From Macrostomum hystrix (lineage: Eukaryota > Animalia > Platyhelminthes), in NCBI GenBank assembly GCA_950097015.1, contig CATNEN010000025.1, forward strand, positions 6,138,001 through 6,202,000: a stretch of DNA of 64,000 nt, written 5' to 3'. The notes beneath the pieces were generated by a model. It saw nothing but the letters and a program-made list of their open reading frames with translations. It searched no databases and had not been told where the DNA came from. This document shows positions 44,901 to 59,900 of the stretch, one piece after another (positions within the stretch are counted from its first letter, which is position 1; each line of letters begins with the position of its first letter). Both the position numbers and the translations under genes were made by a program.

Positions 44901-47900
44901 TGTGGGACGAACAAAGACTATCGTAGAGCTTCTCGACTCTTGAGAGGCCGATGCCGCGTGTTACATTGTGCACCAGTTAGCTGACATGGAAAACTAAGCA
45001 TTTTTTTCTTTGCGTGAAAGATAATTTTACTGAAAAGAAACATGTTGGTTTGGTTAGTTTCTCTTCAACTTTGCGTCTTTATGTCTTCTTCTAGCCAATT
45101 TTTTAGCCATTAAAAAAGCCACCGACTGAGTGTCAGCCATTGTCGAGTGGAATAAAAGCCAAGCAAATAAAAATAGAAATAATCTGAATTTCAGTCTCTT
45201 TAAAGGCTTTGGGTATGATTTTTAGGCCCCAACCGAACCGAATGGTCAGTTGCTCACTGACAGACCTCTCACAATGACCCTTCGTGCGCCTGACCCACTC
45301 GAATGTCATACCTCCGCAACCCTCACTTATGCATATCCGTTTTCCTCGCTAGTACTGGGGCAGTCGGGCCTTCATAAATCTTATCCAGAGTTTGAGCAGT
45401 CTATCTTTATCTGCTCCAACACTGAGCCAACACTGAGCTGTCCAAGGCCACCTGGTGCGCTTTGATTAGGACGGGAGGAAGTGAGAATGTTACTCGTTCA
45501 CCTTTCGCTTTGACCTTGATCTAGAAGAAGGCAGAAAATATTTTTTGTCGAGAATCTTAGATCTATAGTCTTTGACAAATTCGATTGAATTGCTTAGTGC
45601 GGTTGCCATGGTCCTCTTGGTAACGCACCGAGACGCATGTATATCAATTGGGAGGAGATAAGACATTGCCAACTGAGAATCTACCAAGACAAACCAGCGA
45701 TTGATGACAGACGACCAACTGAGAATCTACCAAGACAAACCACTGGATGACAGACGACCAACTGAGAATCTACCAAGACAAACCAGCGATTGATGACAGA
45801 CGACCAACTGAGAATCTATCAAGACAAACCACTGGATGACAGACGACCAACTGAGAATCTACCAAGACAAACCAGTGATTGATGACCGACGACCAACTGA
45901 GAATCTACCAAGACAAACCAGCGATTGATGACCGACGACCAACTGAGAATCTACCAAGACAAACCAGCGATTGATGACCGACGACCAACTGAGAATCTAT
46001 CAAGACAAACCACTGGATGACAGACGACCAACTGAGAATCTACCAAGACAAACCAGCGATTGATGACCGACGACCAACTGAGAATCTATCAAGACAAACC
46101 ACTGGATGACAGACGACCAACTGAGAATCTACCAAGACCAGTGGATGACAGGCGACCAACTGAGAATCTACCAAGACAAACCAGCGATAGATGACAGGCG
46201 ACCAACTGAGAATCTACCAAGACAAACCAGCGATTGATGACCGACGACCAACTGAGAATCTATCAAGACAAACCACTGGATGACAGACGACCAACTGAGA
46301 ATCTACCAAGACAAACCAGCGATTGATGACCGACGACCAACTGAGAATCTACCAAGACAAACCACTGGATGACAGACGACCAGCTGAGAATCTACCAAGA
46401 CAAACCACTGGATGACAGACGACCAACTGAGAATCTACCAAGACCAGTGGATGACAGGCGACCAACTGAGAATCTACCAAGACAAACCAGCGATAGATGA
46501 CAGGTGACCAACTGAGAATCTTCCAAGACAAGCCAGTGGATGACAGATGACCAACTGAGAATTTTCCAAGACAAATCAGTGGATGACAGACGACCAACTG
46601 AGAATCTTCCAAGACCAGTGGATGACAGACGACCAACTGAGAATTTTCCAAGACAAATCAGTGGATGACAGACGGCCAACTGAGAATCTACCCCGGCAAA
46701 GTTAAGTTGCGATAGACGAATGTAACCGCAAACCAATTCTTATCGTGCAGGAAAGGCAGCAGTAAAACCAATTACATGGCATTGTTGACTTTTTCTGTGC
46801 ACGAGTGCTTGCTCACTAGTGCTAGAGCAGTGCAACAGGTAAACCGAAAGGAGCCTTCAGAGGACAGGAAGACTGAAAGAGCCCCAAATCATAACAGATT
46901 TTTTATTGATTGATTGATTGATTGATCACGGAAAGTTCGTGGCTTTCCAAAAGCTGTCCAACGTTGGCCATAAAAATGTTTCAAGCCATCAAATCGCATC
47001 GCAGCTGCTTCAAAGTTGGGCTTTGTTGAAGAGAGAAAATCTCTGTAAGGAGACGCTGAATTGAGAAAATGATAATACAACAATCAAGCCCTCATATTGC
47101 TATGGTATCGGTCGCTGCAGAACTTCCTGTTTGACCGTCGCCCAGCTCATGCCAGGTCCTTAGTGAAACAGCATTGGGCATCATTATTCTCTTGGGTTTA
47201 GACTGATATTCCACGCCCTCAATTCACCCCGCGCTATAAACTTGAACGGCTTATAATAGTGTGAAGATGCGAGAGCAGATCAATGATTGACACTTGCATA
47301 AACATAGTTAATTACTATTTGCATATAGACCAAGCCTAATTCAGCTTGTATTTACTGGTTCAATGAGTATACATGTTTTCGTATTAATATTACTTGATAT
47401 TCAAATCAAGTGTTGTCATGGTGAGGCATCGGGACATTGCACTGGAGAGGTACGCTATGCTCATGCGAGTTCATTTTTTGTCGGCAAATTTTTTTCACAA
47501 AGCAATATTTCACACGGCCAACAAACACTATTAATAGCTGATTAGAAGGAATTTTAGTGCGCAAACTGGGAGTCTGGGGAGAGCTCTGAGGCGATGGGAT
47601 GTGGCATAAATTCTGTGCGCCAATTTTGCGGAATAAATTTATTGCAAATAAGAATAGTCATGATTTGCAAGTTTGGGGATAAAGTCTATCACAGTTGAGG
47701 CAAAAGGATTTGAACATTATACTAGTATTTATGGACTTGTGCTTTGAAGATTGGATTTTTTAGCTAATGAGTATGCTGAGTAACTGAGTGAAAATTGGAG
47801 TGAATGATAGAGTAAACAGTGAAGTGAATTAAATAGTAAACTTTTTAGTAAACAGTGAAGTAAACGGTGGAGTGAAGGGTGGCGTGAAGGGTGGAGTGAA

Positions 47901-50900
47901 GGGTGGCGTGAAGGGTGGCGTGAAGGGTCGCGTGAAGTGTGGAGTGAAGTGTGGAGTGAAGGGTGGCGTGAAGGGTAGCGTGAAGGGTGGAGTGAAGGGT
48001 GGAGTGAAGGGTGGAGTGAAGGGTGGCGTGAAGGGTGGCGTGAAGGGTCGCGTGAAGTGTGGAGTGAAGGGTGGCGTGAAGTGTGGAGTGAAGGGTGGCG
48101 TGAAGGGTGGAGTGAAGGGTAGCGTGAAGGGTGGAGTGAAGGGTGGAGTGAAGTTTAGAGTGAAAGGTGGAGTGAAGGGTTGAGTGAAGGGTGGTGTGAA
48201 GGGTTGAGTGAAGGGTGGATGAACAAACGAATGAAGGGTTGAGTGAAGGGTTGAGTGAAGGGTTGAGTGAAGGGTTGAGTAAAGGGTTGAGTGAAGGGTG
48301 GAGTGAAAGGTGGAGTGAAGGGTGGATGAACAAACGAATGAAGGTTGAGTGAAGAGTTAAATGAAGGGTTGAGTGAAGGGTTAAATGAAGGGTTGAGTGA
48401 AGGGTGGAGTAAAGGGTGCAGTGAAGGTTGAGTGAAAGGTTGTGTGAAGGGTAGAGTGAAGGGAGGAGTGAAGGGAGGAGTGAAGGTTGGAGTGAAGTGT
48501 GGAGTGAAGAGTGGCATGAAGGGTGGTGTGAAGGGTGGAGTGAAGGGTGGAGTGAAGGGTGATGTGAAGGGTGGAGTAAAGGGTGGAGTGAAGGGTGGAG
48601 TGAAGGGTGGAGTGAAGGGTGATGTGAAGGGTTGATAAATAATCGAGTGAAGGGTGGAGTAAAGGATTGAGTGAAGGGTTAAATGAAGGGTGGAGTGAAA
48701 GGTTGAGCGAATTACGGAATAAACGGCGATGGCCATCGTTGATAACCTACCATCCGCTGTGCAAAACTTACCTTGAGTATGAGAAACTCCATGCCGGGCA
48801 GAATGGACTCAAATCTCAATGGGGGGCCACATAATTCTTCAGTTTCTCAACCGGAGCAACATGCAATTGGAATTGCATGTCAACTTCCATTTTTTAGAAT
48901 GAATTTTTAGGTACTTGAAACTAAACTAACTCAAAAACTAATTTGGACTGCAGTTCCAGGTAAGTTGGTATATAATTAAAAAATAGACGGCTAGGTTCAC
49001 TGTTCAATTTTAACAGGTTAGTTAGTATCTATGCATATCTATCTATATAAATGCATATAGGCGCCTAAGCAATGCATTTTCGAGCATAACTCGGCATTTT
49101 GCGCTCGCCCCACCCCTCCCTCCCTCTCTCTCTGTCTCTCACTACTCACACTCTTATTTGCCATTGCCACTGATTGGCTGATTGGAAAGGGCAAGAAGCG
49201 AGCACAGATAAATAATAAAAACCTGGCATTTTTTAATAATTGTGCGACTTTGCTACTTAAAGTAGCGTTGAAAAGTATTATTTTTGAAATCGGTAAAGCC
49301 GGCAAACTGGCAGGCTTGGACAGATATGGCAGCTTGGGCCAGATGTACATTTCATCTAAAGTGTACAGCTGCCCAGTCCGCGGACTGGGCTACAAGCTCA
49401 TTTATAGACTTGACATAACACGGGCTCTAATTATGTTTAAAGCCTGCAAAGTGTCCGGTTTTTCTAAACAGTTTTCTTCATTAAGAACACCCGCTTGGCG
49501 CTAAAAGTGTATATTTTGCTCAATTAAAAAAAAATTAATTACTAAACTGGCCTGTGAATTGTAAAAAAGTACAACTTTTCTAGTTTTCAATTGGTCGCTT
49601 AGCGGTTTCAAGGCGTTTGAAATTTTAGATTTCAAAGAAAGCTAACGAGATTGACTATCCGATGGCGTCACGACAGATTCGTAACTGGCCTCCGAAAGGG
49701 GCTCATAGCTTAAAAAGGCGAGGGAAGGGGGTCACCAGGGAGTGGGAAATGATGTCATGAGGTAGGCGAAAGGGGTCATGAGGAAGGGGAAAGGGGTCAT
49801 GAGGAAGGGGAAAGGGGTAATGAGGAAGGGGAAAGGGGTCATGAGGAAGGGGAAAGGGGTCATGAGGAAGGGGAAAGGGGTAATGAGGAAGGGGAAAGGG
49901 GTCATGAGGAAGGGGAAAAGGGTCATGAGGAAGGCGAAAGGGGTCATGAGGAAGGGGAAAGGGGTCATGAGGAAGGGGAAAGGGATCATGAGGAAGGGGA
50001 AATGGGTCATGAGGAAGGGGAAAGGGGTCATGAGGAAGGGGAAAGGGGTCATGAGGTAGGGGAAAGGGGTCATGAGGTAGGGGAAAGGGGTCATGAGGAA
50101 GGGGAAAGGGGTCATGAGGAAGGGGAAAGGGGTCATGAGGTAGGCGAAAGGGGCCATGAGGTCAAAAGGGGCCATGAGGGAAAGGGTCATCAGAGGGTGG
50201 GGAAGGGGTCATCAGAAGGGGTCATGAGAGAGTGGGTAAGAGGTCATCAGTGAGTGGGGAAGGGGGTCATGAGAGAGCGGAGAAGTGGGTCATCTGAGAG
50301 TGGGCAAGGGGGGTCTCAGGGAGCGGGTGCGAGTACCGCAAAGACTGGAGCCGTAAATTGGATGACATTGCAATAACATTTTAATTGTCAGCGGTAATGA
50401 AGGGCCGACAGATGATTATATAAAAAAATAGTCTAAAAACCCTGCGAAGACATATTTTTGCCCCCACCTTCTGCCGCCAGATTTAGTTTTCTCAGATTTC
50501 TCACATTCTATTCGAAGAAAATCTAATTATCCGAAAGCAAATTCATTGGAGACTATAACTTCAATGATTTCCTGTCATAAAGATCATAAAAAGTTAATAA
50601 TTCAAAATAAACTAATTTCAGCTGCCCAGGTAGCTGAAAGTTGCATGCATAATTGTCTTATTCAGAACTGCTTTATTGGACAGAAATAATAATCAAATTA
50701 ACAGCAGCAGAGCTGAATAGAATTAAATCTCTGAAATTCTCTTTGTTTTTTTTAAAAATATATTTATCTCTTGAAAGCGGAGATAGAGTCAATGGTTGTT
50801 GAGTTTCGACACAATGCTAACCAATGTGGGTTGGCTGTCTTAGAATACTGATTCATAAGCAGCAGCAGCTAGGTTGAAAAGAAGAGAGGAAAAAGTTCAG

Positions 50901-53900
50901 ATCAAAGGAAATGAACCGCCATTACCTCTTAGTTTTTTATTCCCTATATTTGCTTCCCCATCTGGTCACACAGCAAGCCAGTGCTCAGTGCTCAAGGTGA
51001 GGCATGACAAATTGAGCTGCTATCTGGGGGTGGAGGGCTTCCTTCCTCGCTCCCTACAAGAACTCCACCTACAAAACTCTCGGTTTTGAGTTCCCCGTTT
51101 TGCACCAACAACCCCAGAGTACGAGTCTTTGTTCCGGCTGTCTTTATCCGTATTGAAATACATTTATAAGTCTTATTTGAGCAGGTCGGCCCGTCTTTCT
51201 TCTCGCTTTTTTTAGCCTCAAAGGAAACCCAAAAAATTGGACAGGAGACCCCGTCACCTTTTTTCTTCTTGATGTAACAAAATATCGCGGTAATATATGG
51301 TACAAACGGGGTGCACTGAACTCAAACTATGAGACTAACAAAAATGGTATCACCTGCTCAGGTGCTGCTTCCGCCGCACAGCTATAGATTAGATTTTTAA
51401 GCAGATAGAATCGGCCCAGATGTTCCACTGATTTCAGCCAATTAAGAATTTTCCAGAGAGAAGAAATCAATGCAAAATGAGCTTATCGCTGTCATAAATC
51501 AAAGAATGCCGGTATGCGTTGAAAATGGTAGAGTGGAACGATGATTGACAAAATCGGAATTTTCCAATCAATTAGTATCTGATATTATCTTTCGCTTTGC
51601 CAGTGTGTTTACATGCATTAGGCTTGGCAATGGTCAGTCCGTGGGATAGCACCGGATGGCACTGAATTTCTATTCCTTTGTCTTCTGTCTGTGTGAATTA
51701 CTATATTCGGCCGGCTTATTTGTAGTCAAATACGAGCGTAGAAATAGTGTATATTTCCCCTGATTTATAGGCCAAAAAAATGACCTATCGTCTATTGAGT
51801 ATTTATTTGCTTACAAGCCTTTAGAAAAGTTTTCTTAGAAACATTTATATTGAAACTTCGAACCGACACTGCGAAAACACTGCAATTCAATAATCCTTGA
51901 TCCTCAGGAACCTGCGCTATCGCCATTTTATTACGGATGTCAACCCGAAAAGCCGGAAAAAAATTACGCAAAACCCGGAAAGCTACTCAAACGCTAAAGG
52001 TGATTGACATGCGGATTCAGTTAGCAGTTGCACTCACACATTGGATGCTATCTCCCTGTCGCATGCCGGCAAGCCAGGCTGGCGAGTCGCGAGTCACCTT
52101 GGTTACTATGACAACACCTCCGGTGCCTTGGCTGTGTAGTTGTGGAGCCTTTAAAAGTTTAGTGACGGGATGACAGACTACACATGAAATTAAGAATTAT
52201 CTCATTGAAAATTTTCTAATAGACTACACAGTGAAACAAAAAATTAGGATTTCTATCAAATTAGCAATCTGTCATGAAGTTATGCTGTCATAATAATCGA
52301 ATAAGCTTTGTAATGAGGGACGGAAGTCTGTCTGATCAATAGGGCCTGCACAATCACCCTTGTATTTCTCCCAGTAAGAATTGGCCGCAGTTCCCACAAA
52401 GCGAATTACAAGCTTCCCCCGCCTGCTGCCATCCTTGTCAGATTTTTCCTGGCTTTGGACCATAACTCAATACAGCCGTGCCTTCCAAGCAGAGCCAGGC
52501 TAACATGCGACTCAAGTGGGTGCTTGATAAGGATCAGCGACTGTTGGTCCCGGCTTTTCCGGGAAATCCTCGGCAGATCACGAAGAGAGTCCACTTGAAA
52601 ACAGTCAAGAGTTGCATAGTCAGCCACACGATCGATGATGATTTTTGGGACCTCCGTGAATTTGCTGATGCTGAAGACCTGATGGCACTGCTGGGCATGC
52701 ATCATTTCGAAAAATGCAAACCTGGACTTCAGCAACTGACAGTCGACTAGTTGAAATTCTCGAGGGTGAAGTAGAGGAGGCGACTGGTGCGGGCCGGTGC
52801 GGAGGGAGGGGGGAGAGAAGTGATTACGTCACAGCGGTCTGTCTATGGGCGGCTGGCAGGCTGGGCGTGCGGGCGGCATAGATCAAAGAGCGACTGCCGC
52901 AGCAGATGCCGCAGCCGCAGCCATTCACCTAATAACCCCCACCTCTCTCAGACTGAGGTTCTGAGGTTGGTGGCCACTTGACAAATTTTTGGCCCTTACG
53001 AATCTCTGCAAGCAGTTTTTGTTATATATAACGTATTTCAGTATTACTGCTCATATTGATTATGCAGTCAATAAATAAGAAAATTGTGCAATTCTCGACT
53101 AAGTTGGAGTGGACTAGAATGAATGCAGCTGAGACACAGTGTTATAGTCTTGTGTTCTATTTGAAGCAGCTAATTTTATTGCAGTCAAATTAAATTTCCG
53201 TTTTCTAGAAACACAGCTGCATTTAATGACTAAATCCTGCTGAATCTAATGACCCAATCCTGCTGTATCTAATGACCCAATCCTGCTGTATCTAATGACC
53301 CAATCATGCTGTATCTAATGACTCAATCCTGCTGTATCTAATGACCCAATCATGCTGTATCTAATGACCCAATCCTGCTGTATCTAATGACTCAATCCTG
53401 CTGTATCTAATGACTCAATCCTGCTGTATCTAATGACCCAATCCTGCTGTATCTAATGACCCAATCATGCTGTATCTAATGACCCAATCCTGCTGTATCT
53501 AATGACCCAATCATGCTGTATCTAATCACCCAATCCTGCTGTATCTAATAACCCAATCATGCTGTATCTAATGACCCAATCCTGCTGTATCTAATGACCC
53601 AATCCTGCTGTATCTAATGACCCAATCCTGCTGTATCTAATGACCCAATCATGCTGTATCTAATGACCCAATCCTGCTGTATCTAATGACCCAATCATGC
53701 TGTATCTAATCACCCAATCCTGCTGTATCTAATAACCCAATCATGCTGTATCTAATGACCCAATCCTGCTGTATCTAATGACCCAATCCTGCTGTATCTA
53801 ATGACCCAATCCTGCTGTATCTAATGACCCAATCATGCTGTATCTAATCACCCAATCCTGCTGTATCTAATAACCCAATCATGCTGTATCTAATCACCCA

Positions 53901-56900
53901 ATCCTGCTGTATCTAATAACCCAATCCTGCTGTATCTAATGACCCAATCATGCTGTATCTAATGACCCAATCCTGCTGTATCTAATGACCCAATCCTGCT
54001 AAATCTAATGACCCAATCAGGCTGTATCTAATGACCCAATCATGCTGTATCTAATGACCCAATCCTGCTGTATCTAATGACCCAATCCTGCTAAATCTAA
54101 TGACCCAATCAGGCTGTATCTAATCACCCAATCCTGCTGTATCTAATAACCCAATCATGCTGTATCTAATGACCCAATCCTGCTGTATCTAATGACCCAA
54201 TCCTGCTAAATCTAATGACTCAATCATGCTGTATCTAATGACCCAATCCTGCTGTATCTAATGACCCAATCCTGCTGTATCTAATGACCCAATCATGCTG
54301 TATCTAATAACCCAATCATGCTGTATCTAATAACCCAATCATGCTGTATCTAATGACCCAATCATGCTGTATCTAATAACCCAATCCTGCTGTATCTAAT
54401 GACCCAATCATGCTGTATCTAATGACCCAATCCTGCTGTATCTAATAACCCAATCATGCTGTATCTAATGACCCAATCCTGCTGTATCTAATGACCCAAT
54501 CCTGCTAAATCTAATGACCCAATCATGCTGTATCTAATCACCCAATCCTGCTGTATCTAATAACCCAATCATGCTGTATCTAATGACCCAATCCTGCTGT
54601 ATCTAATGACCCAATCCTGCTGTATCTAATGACCCAATCCTGCTGTATCTAATAACCCAATCCTGCTGTATCTAATGACTCAATCATGCTGTATCTAATG
54701 ACCCAATCCTGCTGTATCTAATAACCCAATCCTGCTGTATCTAATGACCCAATCCTGCTGTATCTAATGACCCAATCCTGCTAAATCTAATGACTCAATC
54801 ATGCTGTATCTAATAACCCAATCCTGCTGTATCTAATGACCCAATCATGCTGTATCTAATGACCCAATCCTGCTGTATCTAATGACCCAATCCTGCTGTA
54901 TCTAATGACCCAATCCTGCTGTATCTAATGACCCAATCCTGCTAAATCTAATGACTCAATCATGCTGTATCTAATGACCCAATCCTGCTGTATCTAATAA
55001 CCCAATCCTGCTGTATCTAATGACCCAATCATGCTGTATCTAATGACCCAATCCTGCTGTATCTAATAACCCAATCCTGCTGTATCTAATGACCCAATCA
55101 TGCTGTATCTAATGACCCAATCCTGCTGTATCTAATAACCCAATCCTGCTGTATCTAATAACCCAATCCTGCTGTATCTAATGACCCAATCCTGCTAAAT
55201 CTAATGACTCAATCATGCTGTATCTAATAACCCAATCCTGCTGTATCTAATGACCCAATCATGCTGTATCTAATGACCCAATCCTGCTGTATCTAATGAC
55301 CCAATCCTGCTGTATCTAATGACCCAATCCTGCTGTATCTAATGACCCAATCCTGCTAAATCTAATGACTCAATCATGCTGTATCTAATGACCCAATCCT
55401 GCTAAATCTAATGACTCAATCATGCTGTATCTAATGACCCAATCCTGCTGTATCTAATGACCCAATCCTGCTGTATCTAATGACCCAATCATGCTGTATC
55501 TAATAACCCAATCATGCTGTATCTAATAACCCAATCATGCTGTATCTAATGACCCAATCATGCTGTATCTAATAACCCAATCATGCTGTATCTAATGACT
55601 CAATCCTGCTGTATCTAATGACCCAATCCTGCTGTATCTAATGACCCAATCATGCTAAATCTAATGACTCAATCCTGCTGTATCTAATAACCCAATCCTG
55701 CTGTATCTAATGACCCAATCATGCTGTATCTAATAACCCAATCATGCTGTATCTAATGACCCAATCATGCTGTATCTAATGACTCAATCCTGCTGTATCT
55801 AATCACCCAATCCTGCTGTATCTAATAACCCAATCATGCTGTATCTAATAACCCAATCATGCTGTATCTAATGACCCAATCATGCTGTATCTAATAACCC
55901 AATCATGCTGTATCTAATGACCCAATCCTGCTGTATCTAATGACCCAATCATGCTGTATCTAATGACCCAATCATGCTGTATCTAATAACCCAATCATGC
56001 TGTATCTAATGACCCAATCATGCTGTATCTAATAACCCAATCCTGCTGTATCTAATAACCCAATCCTGCTGTATCTAATGACCCAATCATGCTGTATCTA
56101 ATGACCCAATCATGCTGTATCTAATGACCCAATCATGCTGTATCTAATGACCCAATCATGCTGTATCTAATGACCCAATCCTGCTGTATCTAATGACCCA
56201 ATCCTGCTGTATCTAATGACCCAATCATGCTGTATCTAATAACCCAATCATGCTGTATCTAATAACCCAATCATGCTGTATCTAATGACCCAATCATGCT
56301 GTATCTAATAACCCAATCCTGCTGTATCTAATGACCCAATCATGCTGTATCTAATGACCCAATCCTGCTGTATCTAATAACCCAATCATGCTGTATCTAA
56401 TGACCCAATCCTGCTGTATCTAATGACCCAATCCTGCTAAATCTAATGACCCAATCATGCTGTATCTAATCACCCAATCCTGCTGTATCTAATAACCCAA
56501 TCATGCTGTATCTAATGACCCAATCCTGCTGTATCTAATGACCCAATCCTGCTGTATCTAATGACCCAATCCTGCTGTATCTAATAACCCAATCCTGCTG
56601 TATCTAATGACTCAATCATGCTGTATCTAATGACCCAATCCTGCTGTATCTAATAACCCAATCCTGCTGTATCTAATGACCCAATCCTGCTGTATCTAAT
56701 GACCCAATCCTGCTAAATCTAATGACTCAATCATGCTGTATCTAATAACCCAATCCTGCTGTATCTAATGACCCAATCATGCTGTATCTAATGACCCAAT
56801 CCTGCTGTATCTAATGACCCAATCCTGCTGTATCTAATGACCCAATCCTGCTGTATCTAATGACCCAATCCTGCTAAATCTAATGACTCAATCATGCTGT

Positions 56901-59900
56901 ATCTAATGACCCAATCCTGCTGTATCTAATAACCCAATCCTGCTGTATCTAATGACCCAATCATGCTGTATCTAATGACCCAATCCTGCTGTATCTAATA
57001 ACCCAATCCTGCTGTATCTAATGACCCAATCATGCTGTATCTAATGACCCAATCCTGCTGTATCTAATAACCCAATCCTGCTGTATCTAATAACCCAATC
57101 CTGCTGTATCTAATGACCCAATCCTGCTAAATCTAATGACTCAATCATGCTGTATCTAATAACCCAATCCTGCTGTATCTAATGACCCAATCATGCTGTA
57201 TCTAATGACCCAATCCTGCTGTATCTAATGACCCAATCCTGCTGTATCTAATGACCCAATCCTGCTGTATCTAATGACCCAATCCTGCTAAATCTAATGA
57301 CTCAATCATGCTGTATCTAATGACCCAATCCTGCTAAATCTAATGACTCAATCATGCTGTATCTAATGACCCAATCCTGCTGTATCTAATGACCCAATCC
57401 TGCTGTATCTAATGACCCAATCATGCTGTATCTAATAACCCAATCATGCTGTATCTAATAACCCAATCATGCTGTATCTAATGACCCAATCATGCTGTAT
57501 CTAATAACCCAATCATGCTGTATCTAATGACTCAATCCTGCTGTATCTAATGACCCAATCCTGCTGTATCTAATGACCCAATCATGCTAAATCTAATGAC
57601 TCAATCCTGCTGTATCTAATAACCCAATCCTGCTGTATCTAATGACCCAATCATGCTGTATCTAATAACCCAATCATGCTGTATCTAATGACCCAATCAT
57701 GCTGTATCTAATGACTCAATCCTGCTGTATCTAATCACCCAATCCTGCTGTATCTAATAACCCAATCATGCTGTATCTAATAACCCAATCATGCTGTATC
57801 TAATGACCCAATCATGCTGTATCTAATAACCCAATCATGCTGTATCTAATGACCCAATCCTGCTGTATCTAATGACCCAATCATGCTGTATCTAATGACC
57901 CAATCATGCTGTATCTAATAACCCAATCATGCTGTATCTAATGACCCAATCATGCTGTATCTAATAACCCAATCCTGCTGTATCTAATAACCCAATCCTG
58001 CTGTATCTAATGACCCAATCATGCTGTATCTAATGACCCAATCATGCTGTATCTAATGACCCAATCATGCTGTATCTAATGACCCAATCATGCTGTATCC
58101 AATGACCCAATCCTGCTGTATCTAATAACCCAATCCTGCTGTATCTAATAACCCAATCCTGCTGTATCTAATGACCCAATCATGCTGTATCTAATGACTC
58201 AATCCTGCTGTATCTAATGACTCAATCCTGCTGTATCTAATGACCCAATCCTGCTTTATCTAATAACCCAATCCTGCTGTATCTAATGACCCAATCCTGT
58301 TGTATCTAATGACCCCATCATTCATAGCCTAGTTCCCAGAGTCGAACCAGTGACCTATTACACTGGAAATGCAGCTGGCCTCCTAATCACCCTGAGAATC
58401 AACTCACCCGAAAATCAACGCAGCCGCCGCCGACAATTGTGAAGCCCCAGGGCGTGTTTGGCCTCGGACGGCGCAGAATAACCGACCGACAACAACAGGT
58501 CGAGTGCACCGCTGCTGATGGCTCTGTAGGCTGTTGCTCACCTGACACTGCTGCCGCTGCGGACGCTGCTGCTGCTGCTGCTGCTACCGCTGCGGCTGTG
58601 GCAACCGCCAGGCTTCTATCTATCTTGTCTTCGTTAAGTACCTGCCAAGGTGATTGAATTGTGTCTTCTCTTGGTGCTATATGAATATACGTACTACCTG
58701 CCTATGCCAATTAGAGCTTAATGGCAAAAATAAAATACCAAGTGGGGAGAAAAAAAATTGACGCAGTTTTTTTTTCTCACCCTAGGGGAGAAACAGTAAA
58801 GTGACGGGAGGAAAATGGCGTACTGTCTTACCGCTAGTCTATATTCGACTATCCAGCTATTCTATGGAATATTGGGGAGTGGCAACTGAATGAACAAGCA
58901 ATGGGACGGAGATATTGTGGCTGCGTAGAAGGAAACACACGCAGGGTGGCAGTCTATTAACGAATAATTTATATATTCTCATTCTCTATATAGCGGCGAG
59001 CCAGAGTCTACGGGGCTGCTTTTCGACTGGACGAGGCGTGCCACCCCCTGCTTGCCAGTTGTATTGCTGAGGACCTTCGGGGGAGGCGGAGGTGCTCACT
59101 CACAGCTGTGTGTGTGTGGCGTGTCTTCGCAATGATTGCGTAACTGGTTTTGCCACATTTCTATTTCTGTCCCTCCCTCCGTTCTCCTCGCTGCTTCCTC
59201 CCCGCCTCCATTGCGTCGCCTTTTTCTCAATGTTTACGCAGTCGATGAGGTGGGGATGGTGGGGAATGAGGACTGGGGGGGGGAATTGACTGACCCGTCG
59301 GATGGGGGGTTCCAAGAAATTAAGAAGCAAAGGTTCATAATGAGTGGAGTGGAGGTCGCGCAATCATTTGGGGAAAATTGAGTGCCACTATAAGATCAGT
59401 GTAATAGGGAGTCTATCTATGGGGGTCATGATTGGCGGAGACAAGGTGCAGAGTCGCAGAGAGTAGAGACAGTGGGGCAAGCAGAGGCAGGTGAGGGACA
59501 AGGTGAGACTGATGAGAGACAAGGTGAGACTGATGAGATACAAGGTGAGACTGATGAGAGTCAAGGTGAGACAGATGAAATACAATGTGACACAGATGAG
59601 AGACAATGTGAAACAGATGAGAGTCAAGGTGAGACAGATGAGAGACAGAGAAACTAGATTAGATAGGGAGACAAGGGATGAGACAGAGAGACAAGGGTTG
59701 AGACAGAGAGACAAGGGATGAGACAGAGAGACAAGGGATGAGACAGAGAGACAAACAGTGAGACAGAGAGACAAGGGGTGAGACACAGACACAATGGATG
59801 AGACAGAGAGACAAGGGATGAGACAGAGAGACAAACAGTGAGACAGAGAGACAAACAGTGAGACAGAGAGACAAGGGATGAGACAGAGAGACAAGGGATG

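Noticed and set aside
45490-45687. Minus-strand ORF that could be an alternative first exon joining VNGQDL
   Set aside because: The donor (GTGAAC) is weak, there is no homology, and it would truncate PDZ1.
45660-46690. CRISPR-like pattern of a constant ~27-bp core with variable linkers
   Set aside because: The linkers are a few recurring variants rather than unique spacers, there are no cas genes, and the context is a eukaryotic intron.
48772-48850. Strong minus-strand GTAAGT donor suggesting an extra PDZRN exon
   Set aside because: There is an in-frame stop just upstream and no phase-compatible acceptor; the PDZ1 domain is already complete without it.
58326-58395. B-box-like GGTTCGACTC on the minus strand at the end of the 5-kb satellite
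   Set aside because: There is no convincing A box or CORE domain; too degenerate to call.
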